43,995 nucleotides of DNA from a virus. Taxonomy: Duplodnaviria > Caudoviricetes. The notes under the pieces are model-generated. The model saw only the letters and a program-made list of their open reading frames with translations, was not told the DNA's origin and searched no databases. The stretch lies in the IMG/VR virus record IMGVR_UViG_3300009678_000081, positions 1 to 43,995 of that record; one strand, written 5' to 3'. Of the stretch, positions 27,586 to 36,698 are shown piece after piece (within the stretch, counting starts at the first letter, position 1; every line of letters starts with the position of its first letter). Made by a program: the position numbers and the translations under genes.

Positions 27586-28512
27586 CTACACCCGCGGGTT
27601 CAGTTCCGGGATGTGAGCGATGAGTGGGCCATAGAGGATGCGGTTCGCTTCTGCCTCGCGCCCCGACATACGGAGGTCCCTGATGCGCTGCCAGTCTTCT
27701 GGCGTGCGCGGGTACCCGTCGACGGACGGCGTGACTTCGCGCGCCCCTCCGGCCTGTGATGTGAGCATGGTCGCGTCGCCGCGATCTCTGTTCACCTGGA
27801 CTTGAGTTGCGTCGTTTGCGGACTGAGCAATCTGGGTGGTCCTGAGTGCGTTGTCGTACGCGAGGTACCCGATCTCCATCGCGGCGGCGAAGTGGCCCGC
27901 GGCCCAAAGGGCGGACACCCTGTCTCGCAGGGCGGGCGTTGCGACTACGAACGCCTTGACGTCCTCCACCTTGGGAAGGAAGTCGGGATACGTCTGTACC
28001 ATGTACGCGTCGGCCTGCTGCATCGCGGCGCCCGTCGCGCTCGCGGCCTGGTCCTTCTCCGAGAGCTTGCGTTCGATGCGCGCGTCGATGTCGGTCGGGT
28101 CGATCCCGTACTGCTCAACCCATTTCTGGTACTCGGGGTCCGAGCGATCCACCGGCCTAGCGGGGTCGACCCTCCCAGGCGTCAGTGGCGCCGGCGTCGT
28201 CTGCTCAGGGGCAGCGGCCCGGGCCAGAAACTCATCGTTCTTGGCCTTGAGGGCGTTGAAGCTGTGGATCAGCATGTGATGACCCTTCTCCAACTCCTCG
28301 ACGGTCTTGAACTTGTTCGCGTACAGCTTCTCTCCCTCGGTCGGCGCGGGCGAAGCTGACGGTGCCACGGCGGCCGGTTGCGGGGCCGCGCTAGGGGCAG
28401 GTGCAGCGACCGGCAGGGTCGGCCTGCCGGTGTTGCCCGTGTCAAAGTCCTTCTGGACGTCCTGCGAAATCTGCGCCATCAGGTTGTCGAACGGGCGGTC
28501 TTCGGTGCTCAC
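27586..28512 (-). CDS. Capsid scaffolding protein
   Basis: Pro/Ala-rich N-terminus, KLYANKFKTVEELEKG motif, located between portal and MCP. Confidence 0.75.
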   Translation of the reverse strand: MSTEDRPFDNLMAQISQDVQKDFDTGNTGRPTLPVAAPAPSAAPQPAAVAPSASPAPTEGEKLYANKFKTVEELEKGHHMLIHSFNALKAKNDEFLARAAAPEQTTPAPLTPGRVDPARPVDRSDPEYQKWVEQYGIDPTDIDARIERKLSEKDQAASATGAAMQQADAYMVQTYPDFLPKVEDVKAFVVATPALRDRVSALWAAGHFAAAMEIGYLAYDNALRTTQIAQSANDATQVQVNRDRGDATMLTSQAGGAREVTPSVDGYPRTPEDWQRIRDLRMSGREAEANRILYGPLIAHIPELNPRV

Positions 28513-28550
28513 GTCGTACTCCTTTCGCGGCTACGGTCGTCGCTTGCCGC

Positions 28551-28946
28551 TCAGATTGGGTCCGTCGGTGAGATAGCAGCGCGCTCCTCACCGTACGGGC
28601 CGCGTCCGCCATGAGCAATCTCCTCATAGCGTTTTGAAACAGAGTCCTGCATCTCCTCCTCGCGGTTGCGCTGCTCCTGCTCGTGCAGGATTTCGCCGGG
28701 CGCATTCATGATGGCGCGGCAGGCCGCGATGTACCCTCGGAGGTAATCGTCCGGTTTCGTGTCTCGGCGCTTCGCAGTAGGGTCTGCGAGTTCCGTGAGT
28801 GCTCGCTGCTGGAGGCCCATCAGGAGCGGGATGAAGAAGTCGTTGTAGGCCTTCGAGCCGAGGAGGAAGATCAGGTCCCGCGGGTCGGCCGCGGCGAGTT
28901 CGTCCTTCGTGAAGACCTCGTTCGTGGTAGGTGCGGGCTTGATCAC
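28551..28946 (-). CDS. Small helical protein downstream of the portal
   Basis: GTG 28946 with AAAGGA RBS; DYLRGYIAA motif common in post-portal genes of podoviruses. Confidence 0.65.
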   Translation of the reverse strand: MIKPAPTTNEVFTKDELAAADPRDLIFLLGSKAYNDFFIPLLMGLQQRALTELADPTAKRRDTKPDDYLRGYIAACRAIMNAPGEILHEQEQRNREEEMQDSVSKRYEEIAHGGRGPYGEERAAISPTDPI

Positions 28947-28956
28947 GCGGTCCTTT

Positions 28957-30855
28957 CTACTGGCCGAGGAACTGCGCCAGCGCCATCGCACCGTCCCCGG
29001 TGCCTTGCGTGTTGTCCGGGATGTTGGCCGCGTCGCGCTCTCCGGCCATCTCCATCACCTGCGACATCTGCGCCATCTGGTTCGCGTTCTGGTTGATGAG
29101 TTCGTTCACGTTGTCCATGTCGAACTCGCGGAAGATTTGCCGGAAGAAGTTCACGAAGTTCACGGCGCCGGCCGCGTACGGGTTGCTCGAGACGGCCTGG
29201 AGGAGCGGCACGAGTTCTTGCCGGCGAACGAGCTTCGAGAGGTTGTTCGTCGCGCCGACTGCGCGCGCCGTGTACGAGTTCGCGAGTTCGTACCCCTCGA
29301 GCGTGGTCCGCGTGTCCTGGAGCGGGGCACCGGTGTCGGGGTCCGTCTGGGCGTTCTCGCCGAGGATGAAGACCTCGACCGGCCCCTCGAGGAACTGGCG
29401 GTTGAGCCGCATCATCATGTTCGCGAGCGGCTCGAGGTACATCTCCTCGTAGATGCGCGACTCGAGGAGGAGGCGGCTCCCTGACGCCTCGCGCCGGCTC
29501 ATGAAGGCCCGCGCCGTCTCGCGGTCCGGGCCGCTTGCGAGGCCCTGCACCGTGTCGTCCGTTATGCCGGTCGCGCGCTCGATGTAGGCGGCCATCTCGG
29601 CCGTCATCCCGGCGCCGGCCTGCATGCCGCGTAGGTCGACGGGCATCGGCATCAGCTTGTCGTTGGGGGGGCCGTCCGTCCCGATCCAGCGCCCGGGCTT
29701 CGCGTAGAGGCCCTGCGTGTTGATGCCGGCGTTGCGGTCGTAGAACCACATCGGGTCGATCACGATGTCGGCCGCGTCGAGGCGCTGGTTGACGTAGCGG
29801 TTCGCCGTCAACTGGAGCTTCTCGGCGACTTCGGCCTTGCCCGCGGCGTGGAAGTAGTTCGGGTCCGGCGTGGCCGAGTGGTGAACGAATGGCTTCTGCC
29901 GGTGCCAGAACGGGTTCCCGCGCGCGCGCATGAGGTACTTGCGGTTCGCGAGGGAGATGACTACGTTCGTCTCGCCCCCGACCGCGAGTTCCGTCGGGAT
30001 GATCCCCCAGTACTCGCGAATCTCTACGGGGCGGCTGAACTTGTCGAGGATGCGCGACATGTCGTCGGACATGCCGAGCCGCGCCATGTACTTCCGCTGG
30101 ACGACGTCGTCCGCGGTCGAGTCGGCATTGGCGCCCTCGCGCTCCATGCGCGCTACCTCGACCGGGTCGAAGATGGGCTCGCGACCGTCAGGCCGCTGCG
30201 CCGAGAGGGCGCGGCAGTCGTCTAGGTCGAGGTAGTACCGACGCCCGAACCACTTCATCCCCTTGATGCGGGGGAAGCCGGGTTGCGGGTACGAGTCGAG
30301 GAGGTCGACGTTCTCCCAGTTCGGGCCGTCGAACGTGATGACGTCCTCCTCGCGAATCTGGCGCGCGCGCTGCGTCGACATCGGCATGGAGACGTACTCG
30401 TCGAACTTGACGTGCTCCCACCGGCGGTCCCACATCACCTGCGAGACGGCCGTGCCGTAGAGGCCGGCGCAGACGTGCGTGTTGACTTCCTTCATGAAGG
30501 CCTCAGCGTCCTTCATCTGGGCCCCGATGAGGGCCTCGTTCTTGAGGGCGATGGGCTTGTCGTTCGGCCCGTACCCGCGGAACTGGATGATCGGCCACTG
30601 GTTCAGCGACGCCGCCGTCTTCCTCGCGGCGTCCGCCCACACGGCCGCGTAGATGAACGGGACGTGGACGTTGTTCTTGTGCGGGTGGAAGCGCCCCGTG
30701 TAGATGCCGCGCCAGACGTCGTAGAGGCGCGGCAGCTTCGTCCGGACGTCGTGGAAGTACTTCTCCGAGTAGTCGAACCTCGAGTTCACGAGGTTGACCA
30801 GGGCGTCTCGGAAGAGTTCGGGGTTCGCTGGCCGCTGAATCTGAGTGAACGCCAT
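28957..30855 (-). CDS. Portal protein
   Basis: 632 aa; GLYGTAV...W, NPFWHRQKPF, N.YVNQRLD, ERATGI.D..QG, ETA motifs; located between TerL and scaffold. Confidence 0.9.
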   Translation of the reverse strand: MAFTQIQRPANPELFRDALVNLVNSRFDYSEKYFHDVRTKLPRLYDVWRGIYTGRFHPHKNNVHVPFIYAAVWADAARKTAASLNQWPIIQFRGYGPNDKPIALKNEALIGAQMKDAEAFMKEVNTHVCAGLYGTAVSQVMWDRRWEHVKFDEYVSMPMSTQRARQIREEDVITFDGPNWENVDLLDSYPQPGFPRIKGMKWFGRRYYLDLDDCRALSAQRPDGREPIFDPVEVARMEREGANADSTADDVVQRKYMARLGMSDDMSRILDKFSRPVEIREYWGIIPTELAVGGETNVVISLANRKYLMRARGNPFWHRQKPFVHHSATPDPNYFHAAGKAEVAEKLQLTANRYVNQRLDAADIVIDPMWFYDRNAGINTQGLYAKPGRWIGTDGPPNDKLMPMPVDLRGMQAGAGMTAEMAAYIERATGITDDTVQGLASGPDRETARAFMSRREASGSRLLLESRIYEEMYLEPLANMMMRLNRQFLEGPVEVFILGENAQTDPDTGAPLQDTRTTLEGYELANSYTARAVGATNNLSKLVRRQELVPLLQAVSSNPYAAGAVNFVNFFRQIFREFDMDNVNELINQNANQMAQMSQVMEMAGERDAANIPDNTQGTGDGAMALAQFLGQ

Positions 30856-31466
30856 CAGGTCTCCATGCCGGCTTTCTGTGGCAGCCGGAGCCAGTCGGGG
30901 ATGTCGATTTCGAGCAGGGCCCCGTCGTGATCCCGGAGGCCGCCGTGGCGCCGGACGTAGTCGAGGAGTTGCCTCGTGAGGTCCACGTCGGCGCGGCAGT
31001 ACGTGATGAGTTCCGCGAAGCGGCCCTGCCGCGCGAGTTCAGGCGCGTGGGCCCCGCTCCCGGACTTCCCGATCCCCATCGTGCGGAGGGACGACTCGCC
31101 GAGCTTCCAGCCGCGCTCGCGCGACCGCCCTTCGCGGTCAAGTGCATCCTTGATGAGGTCGAAGATGTCGATGTGGTACTTGACGGCGACGCGCCGGTTG
31201 AGCAGGTTCTGGACGATCTGGAGGTCAAACTCCTTCGAGTTGTACCCGACGAGGACGATCCCGGGCTGCTCGATGAGCCGCGCGAAGTCCTCGAGGGTGA
31301 AGTCGTCGTAGAGGTAGTGGTCGTCCGTCTGCGAGTCGTACGCGACGAGGGCCGAGACGCCGCCCTTGCCCTGCTTGAGGGCGTTCCAGCCGCCGACCTC
31401 GTCCGGGCCCTTGCGGGTCTCGAGGTCGAAGACGATTACGTGGAGCGGCTCATACGGGGTGGTCAT
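30855..31466 (-). CDS. DEDDy 3'-5' exonuclease (RNase H-like, YprB/RNase_H_2 type)
   Basis: VFDLET, VGYNSKEFD, HIDIF, YCRADV motifs. Confidence 0.85.
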   Translation of the reverse strand: MTTPYEPLHVIVFDLETRKGPDEVGGWNALKQGKGGVSALVAYDSQTDDHYLYDDFTLEDFARLIEQPGIVLVGYNSKEFDLQIVQNLLNRRVAVKYHIDIFDLIKDALDREGRSRERGWKLGESSLRTMGIGKSGSGAHAPELARQGRFAELITYCRADVDLTRQLLDYVRRHGGLRDHDGALLEIDIPDWLRLPQKAGMET

Positions 31467-33207
31467 ACCACTCGCTTTCTCCGGTGCGACCCGGGTTCAT
31501 GTACTCCTCGACGCGTCGCCTGCGCGCGTCGCCGTGCAGTTCCAGCCGGTAGTTCAGGCCCGGCCGTAGGACCTCGTCCCCGGGCTGCATGGGGTCGACG
31601 CTGTGAGACGCCTCGGGGCGGATCGGCTTCTTCCACACGCCGGGCTGCCAGATGTCGGACGCGGCGTCCGCGATGTCGTCGTGGTCGCCCTTGTCGAGGT
31701 TGACCATCTCGTACATCAGGCGCTCGAGGTGCTCCGTCCCGCGGATGAGCTTGACGTAGCCCTCGGCCCAGTAGGCCGCGGCCTTGCGGAGGCGGGCCGC
31801 CTTGTGCGCCGTGCGGTTGAAGAGGACGATCGAGTCGGGGCCGATGCGGAAGCCGGCCATCGCGAGCGAAATCTGGAGGAGGGCCTTGAACGTCCCGGCC
31901 TTCCCGCCGCCCTCTAGCTCGTCCGTGAGTAACTTCGCGCGGATGCCTCGAGCCCGGAGGCTCATGAGGTACCCGCAGAGCTTCGAGATGAACTGCTCCG
32001 CGCGGTCCGTCTTGTTCCGGATGATGCGGTCGATGAAGACCGTCCCGTCGTCCCGGAGTGAGTGCAGGACCCCGATGATCACGTTGAAGTCGCCCTTCGC
32101 GATCCGCTCCTCGAGCTTGAACGCGCAGTCGAGGTGGATCGTCGCGAAGTCGATCGCGGGCACGTCGTCGCGCGAGATTACCATCCGCTCGAGTTGCGCG
32201 AACTCGAGTGGCATGTGCTCGCCGATCGCGGGCGTGTTCTGAATCTGGGACGAGAACCCGATCGGGTCGTTGAGTTCGCGCCGCTCGAGTTCCTCGTAGG
32301 AGTAGACGGCCGGGAAGACGGGGCGGCCCTTCGGGTACTCGTCCGACTTCCGGTTCGGGTCGCGGCCCTGGAGGAAGTAGACGTGGCACTGCCCGTCCTT
32401 GTTCGGCGCGATCCCGTGCGGGTCCGGGTTCGGGATTCCGCTCCAGGTTGCGACGCCCTCGGTGTTCATGATGTGGCCCGGGACGTCGTTCTGCGCGTAC
32501 CGCGTCATCGAACCGAGGAAGAACCCCGCCTTCGAGAGCGCGTACATCACGGAGTCGTACGTCTCGCGCGCGTCCGTGAGCGTCTTCTCCGAGAGCGTCT
32601 CCTGCGAGTTCGGGTCGTCGTAGGCGACGGCGACGGGGTGCATGCCGGTGATGCCCATGTCGAGCCCGTACGTACCGATCGAGGGCTCCGAGATGGACAT
32701 GGCCCGGCGCGCCGCGTGGAAGACTTCCTTCTCGTTCCACGTGCGCGTCTTGTCGCGCCAGTTCCCGTAGAGCCACGCGAACCACGCGTACTCGTCCTCG
32801 CCGGAGATGACGCCCTTCACGGCCGAGAGGAAGGCCTTCGCCTTCGGGTGCGTCTCGGAGCCGATGTAGGCCGTGACGTCCGGGTCGTCGAGGTGCATCC
32901 AGAGCATCGCGGCCTTCGTGCCGCAGACGGTCTTGCCGACGTCGCGCGGGAGAATGCTGAGGAGGACCTTCCGCTTCTGGACGCCGCGCTTCGACCACGC
33001 CTTCCACTCCATGATGTGCGTGGAGAGCCACTCGAGGAAGGGCTTGTGCGGGTCGGGCGTGAGCCAGCGCGGCTTGCCCGTCTTCACGAAGTACCACTCG
33101 GCGCCCCACGCTATACGCGTGAACCACCAGAGGGAGTGGTCGCTCGTGCCGGGGGCGCACGCGTCGCGCCAGAACTCGCGTTCAGCTTCTAGGGGCCACT
33201 CTTTCAC
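31450..33207 (-). CDS. terL: Terminase large subunit
   Basis: Walker A-like LPRDVGKT, Walker B YDDP, nuclease IHLDCA and DHDDIADA; GTG 33207 overlaps the GT2 stop (GTGA). Confidence 0.85.
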   Translation of the reverse strand: MKEWPLEAEREFWRDACAPGTSDHSLWWFTRIAWGAEWYFVKTGKPRWLTPDPHKPFLEWLSTHIMEWKAWSKRGVQKRKVLLSILPRDVGKTVCGTKAAMLWMHLDDPDVTAYIGSETHPKAKAFLSAVKGVISGEDEYAWFAWLYGNWRDKTRTWNEKEVFHAARRAMSISEPSIGTYGLDMGITGMHPVAVAYDDPNSQETLSEKTLTDARETYDSVMYALSKAGFFLGSMTRYAQNDVPGHIMNTEGVATWSGIPNPDPHGIAPNKDGQCHVYFLQGRDPNRKSDEYPKGRPVFPAVYSYEELERRELNDPIGFSSQIQNTPAIGEHMPLEFAQLERMVISRDDVPAIDFATIHLDCAFKLEERIAKGDFNVIIGVLHSLRDDGTVFIDRIIRNKTDRAEQFISKLCGYLMSLRARGIRAKLLTDELEGGGKAGTFKALLQISLAMAGFRIGPDSIVLFNRTAHKAARLRKAAAYWAEGYVKLIRGTEHLERLMYEMVNLDKGDHDDIADAASDIWQPGVWKKPIRPEASHSVDPMQPGDEVLRPGLNYRLELHGDARRRRVEEYMNPGRTGESEWYDHPV

Positions 33208-33818
33208 AGCATCGCCCCCTGGTTCATTTGTGGAAGTAGGCAGATGACCTCGTCGTGGTAGACGGGCCCGCCGAACTTGTCGACGGTCCGCGTGATGAAG
33301 GACCAGTCCGTCCGGTACCAGTCCGTGAACGCGTAGTCGGCCATCTTCGGGAGGTTCTCGCGGGGGGCCACGATCTGCTGCCCGCTGACCTTGCAGAAGG
33401 CGATCGACTGGCTCATGAGGATTCCGGTGTGCTTCATGGCGAAGATGTGCGCCTTGTCCGTCGCGCCGGTCACGCCAGCGCGCACGACGTCGAACGCGTG
33501 CGACTGTAGCTCGTCGTCGTCGCCGATGAACCAGACCATGTCGCCCGTCGCGTTCTGGACGCCGACGTCGCACGGGGTGCAGCCCCAGTCGTTCGCGCGG
33601 ACGGCGAGTTCGACGTAGCGGAAGCGCGCGTCGGCGAGGGCCTCGATCTGCTCCCGTACGTTCGGGCAGGGGCCGTCGCCCACGACGACGAACTCGTCCT
33701 CGGCGCCGATGTAGTAGAGGACGTCCTTGAGGAGGCGCGCGAACGTGGACCGCCCGATCGTCGGGCAGATGAGGCTAAGGCGCGGACTTGAAGAAGGACT
33801 GGATGGCGTCGATGACAC
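33204..33818 (-). CDS. Glycosyltransferase family 2 (GT-A)
   Basis: LSLICPTIGR, EFVVVGDG, G...ATGD.VWFIGDDD (DxD), D..FI motifs. Confidence 0.85.
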   Translation of the reverse strand: MSSTPSSPSSSPRLSLICPTIGRSTFARLLKDVLYYIGAEDEFVVVGDGPCPNVREQIEALADARFRYVELAVRANDWGCTPCDVGVQNATGDMVWFIGDDDELQSHAFDVVRAGVTGATDKAHIFAMKHTGILMSQSIAFCKVSGQQIVAPRENLPKMADYAFTDWYRTDWSFITRTVDKFGGPVYHDEVICLLPQMNQGAML

Positions 33819-34857
33819 GGTCCTGCTCCTCGTGCGTGATGTCTGCGTGGAGCGGGAGCGAGAGGACCTCGCGCGACGCCTCCTCGGACACGGGCCAGGG
33901 GCCCCGGCCTACGTTCTCCCCCATGAAGGTCGGCTGGAGCGGGACCGGGAGGGGGTAGTGGATGAGCGTCGGGATGCCCGCTGCCTCGAGGTGAGCGCGG
34001 AGGGCGTCCCGGAGCGGGGTGCGCGCGACGTAGAGGTGCCAGACGCGATGAGGCCCGAACCCCGTGAGGAGCCCGAGCCGCGGAATCTTGAGGCCGTCGT
34101 GGTAGTACTCGGCCGCGCGCTCGCGCGCCGCGTTCCTCTCTCGGAGGTGCGGGAGCTTGACGCGGAGGATCGCCGCCTGGACCTCGTCCATCATGGAGTT
34201 GAGGCCGCCCGGGGGCTCATGTACGTACCGGTCCGTGCGCCCGCCGTCCCGGAGGAGGCGGCACCGCTCGGCCACGATGGGGATGTTCGTGTTGATGGCG
34301 CCGGCTTCGCCGAGGGCGCCGAGGTTCTTGGTCGGGTAGAAGGAGTACGCGGTCGCGTGCGCGTGCCCGAGACCGGCCGCGCCGTGCGCGTGGGCCGCGT
34401 CCTCGACGACGACGAGGCCGTGGGCCGCGGCGACCTCCATGAACTTCACCATGTCGGTGACGTTCCCGTAGAGGTGGACCGGGACGATGGCCTTCGTGCG
34501 GGGCGTGATGAGGCGCTCGTAGTCCCAGACGTTCGGCATGTGGGACTCCCGGTAGATGTCGACGAAGACGGGCGTCGCGCCGGTCGCGCGGATCGCGAGG
34601 GCCGTGAAGCCGACGCAGTGCGCGGGCGTGAGGACCTCGTCCCCGGGGCCGATGCCGAGGGCCGTGAGGGCGATGCGGATGGCGTCGGTGCCGTTGCCCA
34701 CGCCCACCGCGTAGCGCTGGCCCGTGAAGGCGGCCCACTCGGCCTCGAACGCCTCCGTCTCGGAGCCGCCGAGGTACCAGCCGCTGTCGATGACGCGCGT
34801 CACCGCGGCCTTGACCTCGTCCTTGTACGGGAGCATGAGGTCGAGGTTGAAGTTCAT
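33775..34857 (-). CDS. DegT/DnrJ/EryC1/StrS-family PLP-dependent NDP-sugar aminotransferase (FdtB/WbpE-like)
   Basis: SGWYLGG, GNGTDAI, GDEV, GATPVFVD, PVHLYG, VEDAAHAHG, SFYPTKNLGALGEAG (PLP Lys), IHYP.P, LSLP. Confidence 0.95.
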   Translation of the reverse strand: MNFNLDLMLPYKDEVKAAVTRVIDSGWYLGGSETEAFEAEWAAFTGQRYAVGVGNGTDAIRIALTALGIGPGDEVLTPAHCVGFTALAIRATGATPVFVDIYRESHMPNVWDYERLITPRTKAIVPVHLYGNVTDMVKFMEVAAAHGLVVVEDAAHAHGAAGLGHAHATAYSFYPTKNLGALGEAGAINTNIPIVAERCRLLRDGGRTDRYVHEPPGGLNSMMDEVQAAILRVKLPHLRERNAARERAAEYYHDGLKIPRLGLLTGFGPHRVWHLYVARTPLRDALRAHLEAAGIPTLIHYPLPVPLQPTFMGENVGRGPWPVSEEASREVLSLPLHADITHEEQDRVIDAIQSFFKSAP

Positions 34858-35393
34858 CCGTCGAGTCCTTTCAGGATCGCGTCGTAGTCGGGGTACCCGA
34901 GTTCGGCCCGGATGTGGCGCCTGATCCACTCGGGGACCCGTGGGCCCGGGCCTGGGTGGTAGAGGGTCTGGACGCCGTCCTTCTCGCCCGTGACGTACCA
35001 GCCGTTCTTCGTGTTGAGGTGCCGGATCGCGCCGTTCGAGGCGAGTTGCTCGCCCTTGAGGGGCTTGCCGGCCGCCTCGATATAGTGCTTGATGATCTGG
35101 TCCCCGAACCCGCTGCTCCAGTGCGCGGGGGCTACGGCAAAGAAGGGAGACGCGTAGTCCCCGTGGTCCGTGAGCATCGAGAAGGCCACGGCCTCCCACG
35201 GGCGCTCGTCGTCGCGCCAGAGGAAGACCCTGACGTTAGCGTGGTCCTCAATCTTCCACCACCTCTGCTGGCCTTCCGGCGTCATCTCCGGGAGGGGCCT
35301 CGTGAAGTAGCTGAGATTGGCATTGAGAATCGGCCGGAGCGCCTCGATCAGGATCGGGTCGCTGTCCCGCGTCAGTAGAGTCGGCCGCAGCAT
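34854..35393 (-). CDS. GNAT-family N-acyltransferase
   Basis: FAVAP.HWSSGFG (acyl-CoA motif A) and N.AI..L..K.GW (motif B); ATGA-coupled to the aminotransferase. Confidence 0.7.
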   Translation of the reverse strand: MLRPTLLTRDSDPILIEALRPILNANLSYFTRPLPEMTPEGQQRWWKIEDHANVRVFLWRDDERPWEAVAFSMLTDHGDYASPFFAVAPAHWSSGFGDQIIKHYIEAAGKPLKGEQLASNGAIRHLNTKNGWYVTGEKDGVQTLYHPGPGPRVPEWIRRHIRAELGYPDYDAILKGLDG

Positions 35394-35568
35394 CGGGGGT
35401 CCTTTCTGTCTCGGTGGTATCGGGGCGGGCCGCCCCCATGACCGGGTACTGCGGGATGGCCGCGTCCATCGTCCTGCCCCGGTAGAGGATCGGGTGTGGC
35501 TTCATCGAGTAGGGAACGAGAGAGATGGAGGCCGCGAACATGAGCACGAGGCCGACGAAGGTCGTCAT
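35248..35568 (-). CDS. Hypothetical protein with N-terminal TM/signal segment
   Basis: MTTFVGLVLMFAASISLV; ATGA coupling; 3' part overlaps the GNAT gene. Confidence 0.4.
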   Translation of the reverse strand: MTTFVGLVLMFAASISLVPYSMKPHPILYRGRTMDAAIPQYPVMGAARPDTTETERTPDAAADSTDAGQRPDPDRGAPADSQCQSQLLHEAPPGDDAGRPAEVVED

Positions 35569-35786
35569 TGCTTCCCTGGGCCGAGGAGGCCCGCGTTCGG
35601 GGGCGGCGTCTTCGGTACCTTGAGGACGTCGATCAGGTGCGACTGGTGGAGGAAGACGCGGGCCGCTTCGCCCGTGAGGACGCAGCGCGGCTCGCAGGGG
35701 CAGTCCGCCCCGTTGTACTCGTGGTTCGGCCTCTCCGTGCGGGGGACGATGTGGTAGTCGGCCGCGACGTCCTTTTTGCGGGCCAT
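35565..35786 (-). CDS. Small His/Cys-containing hypothetical protein
   Basis: HIVP...H.....CPCEP...H pattern; GAGG RBS. Confidence 0.55.
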   Translation of the reverse strand: MARKKDVAADYHIVPRTERPNHEYNGADCPCEPRCVLTGEAARVFLHQSHLIDVLKVPKTPPPNAGLLGPGKQ

Positions 35787-35797
35787 ATAGTCGGGCC

Positions 35798-36001
35798 TCA
35801 TGCGAGCCTGTAGTCCGTGAGTGCGTTGTTGACGTGCATGTAGTCCTCGCCCGGCCAGAGTTCGGACGGGGCCCACGCGCCGGGGAGCTTCGTCGGTCGG
35901 GGTTGCCCTGCCTCGAGGGCGCGGAGGCGCTTCGTCGCGTTCTCGCTGACCTCGCGGATCATCTCTTCCTCGGTCTGGCGGCGGTACGTGAGTTCGGCCA
36001 T
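35798..36001 (-). CDS. Hypothetical protein
   Basis: 67 aa, GGAGG RBS. Confidence 0.55.
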   Translation of the reverse strand: MAELTYRRQTEEEMIREVSENATKRLRALEAGQPRPTKLPGAWAPSELWPGEDYMHVNNALTDYRLA

Positions 36002-36048
36002 CAGTACCCTCCCGTGCTCTTTGGCTTCCTTGGCTTGCGCTTGGGCAT
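36001..36048 (-). CDS. Micro-ORF encoding a basic 15-aa peptide MPKRKPRKPKSTGGY
   Basis: Fills the gap exactly; GGAG RBS upstream; TGATG coupling to the next gene. Confidence 0.4.
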   Translation of the reverse strand: MPKRKPRKPKSTGGY

Positions 36049-36049
36049 C

Positions 36050-36424
36050 TCACTCTCCCATCTTCGCGGCGACGGCCCGCGCCCAGAGGGAGAGGAGCCG
36101 TTCGTTCTTCGGGTTGTTGATGTAGTCGCCGAGGTCGTCGGCGAGGGCCTTCACCATCGCCTCCTCGAGTTCCTCGGAGAAGAGGGTCGCGACGTTGTAC
36201 TGCTGCTCCATGAAGACGTGGAGGAGTTCGTGGATCGCGATGGTCAAGACGGCCGCGTTGCGGCCGTCGATTTTGATGCGGATGTTCCTCAGGTCCGACC
36301 CGGCCCCGTCGTACGTCGTGAGCCCGTGCTCCCTACGGAGTCGGGCCCTCTTCATTGAGACCGCCGGCGAGTTCATCAGCGCCATCAGCGCCTCGAGCAT
36401 CTTCCGTCGGTTCATCCGGGGCAT
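36050..36424 (-). CDS. HExxH zincin-like protein
   Basis: IAIHELLHVF...EEAMV..L; GGAG RBS. Confidence 0.6.
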   Translation of the reverse strand: MPRMNRRKMLEALMALMNSPAVSMKRARLRREHGLTTYDGAGSDLRNIRIKIDGRNAAVLTIAIHELLHVFMEQQYNVATLFSEELEEAMVKALADDLGDYINNPKNERLLSLWARAVAAKMGE

Positions 36425-36698
36425 TGGTCACTCCGATGAGGCGGCCCGGGAGAAGCGCGAGTCCGCGCGTGTTGATGAGTCCGCTCTTGTCTACGCGGTA
36501 GATGGGCTCGATGTACACGTCGTGCGCGTCGATCGGCGTCGGCGCGAGGTTGACGAAACTTTCGAGTATGTCCTCGTCGACGCGCTTGCGGATGACTTCC
36601 GCGGGGGTCATCCCCGCGTACTCGTCGATCTCGTCACGCGTCGCGAACCTCGGGAAGCGGAACGTCGGGGGCATCTGGTCGTTGTACGGGGCCGGCAT
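36333..36698 (-). CDS. Hypothetical protein
   Basis: 121 aa, GGAGG RBS. Confidence 0.5.
   Translation of the reverse strand: MPAPYNDQMPPTFRFPRFATRDEIDEYAGMTPAEVIRKRVDEDILESFVNLAPTPIDAHDVYIEPIYRVDKSGLINTRGLALLPGRLIGVTNAPDEPTEDARGADGADELAGGLNEEGPTP

Noticed and set aside
31450-33573. 707-aa TerL and 499-aa GT as given by the ORF track
   Set aside because: The N-terminal extensions overlap upstream genes and are low-complexity; coupled or RBS-supported GTG starts at 33207 and 25640 are more plausible
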